DNA of 63,974 nucleotides, filler included, from Sluysia triapertura (lineage: Eukaryota), in NCBI GenBank assembly GCA_046118255.1. It is 4 parts of 4 records of this genome, joined end to end, with 100 filler letters (N's around TTAATTAATTAA, not from the genome) between each part and the next. Parts side by side here need not be neighbours in the genome. Positions count along the whole stretch, not along the records: positions 53,086 to 63,974 come from JBJNIA010191952.1; 3 more parts are not named here. One strand, 5' to 3'. Positions 63,341 through 63,974 of this stretch are shown here, piece after piece. Below the pieces are notes generated by a model, which was not told the DNA's origin, did no database searches, and saw nothing but the letters and a program-made list of their open reading frames with translations. A program made the position numbers and the translations under genes. Positions within the stretch are counted from its first letter, which is position 1, and the number at the start of each line of letters is the position of its first letter.

Positions 63341-63974
63341 GTAAGTTGTCATTATGATTATTATCATTATTGTACAGAAGAGAATCAATATCTTCGCGTC
63401 TCGATAATTTACTTACATAATGTTCAGAAATACATTTATTGATCTTGTAATGTTACAGGGTTTTTCGATCTATCACATAACGTAAACCTTGCAATCAATA
63501 AAGTAATATAAATATTTGAAAAATATTGAGTTGGATTAAAAAATGAAAATCCAAAATAGAAATTTAGTTTTTATTCTAGAATTATTTCTCTGTTTACAGC
63601 TTGATTTAAATATGTAAGTATTTTCATATAAAAAGCACTACAATATTCTGGAGTTATTTCTCCGAATTTATCAATTCATTTTCATTTTTTGCGCGCCATC
63701 TCGACTAACATTTTCTATTGGATTTAAAAAAGGAGAATAAAATTACAAGTATTTCAAATGAAGTCTCGAAATCTCATCATCATATTTTAATGGTTATTTT
63801 ATTTTTTAATAGTTGTTTTATAATTTTATTCACTAACTGCTTTATCAAACATTTATGATTGGTTGCAAGGTTTACGTTATTCATGCAAAAATTACGCGAT
63901 AGATCGAAAGACCCTATAATAGAAAACAAAATGTACGATGTAGAGTAAATCCAATTTATTTGAATATTGTTTAA

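Overview
The window is four unrelated contigs joined by artificial 100-bp spacers (44 N + TTAATTAATTAA + 44 N at 13320-13419, 40741-40840 and 52986-53085). Contigs 1, 3 and 4 are very AT-rich animal DNA. They carry (AAT)n microsatellites, decayed Tc1/mariner, pogo and hAT elements, a tRNA-like repeat, cadherin exons, spliced exons of a PMS2/MutL gene and an RBBP6-like pseudogene. Contig 2 (13420-40740) is a gene-dense Mollicute (mycoplasma-like) fragment that reads TGA as Trp, so the supplied ORF track breaks most of its genes. Re-read in code 4 it is the Firmicute-type rsmE...phoH...ybeY-era-recO...cdd-glyS-dnaG region. Between phoH and ybeY lies a ~12-kb tandem array of six paralogous surface proteins that is nearly invisible in the ORF track. 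Each has a signal peptide and seven Asp-box/Reg_prop-like beta-propeller blades; five also have a conserved stalk, a Pro-rich linker and a C-terminal TM anchor. The blades are hypervariable at fixed positions and show out-of-register exchange between copies. One copy lacks the anchor, and a small membrane partner gene is intact in only one unit. This array is the best candidate for an undescribed host-interaction or diversification system of an invertebrate-associated Mollicute. All translations and alignments were done by eye.
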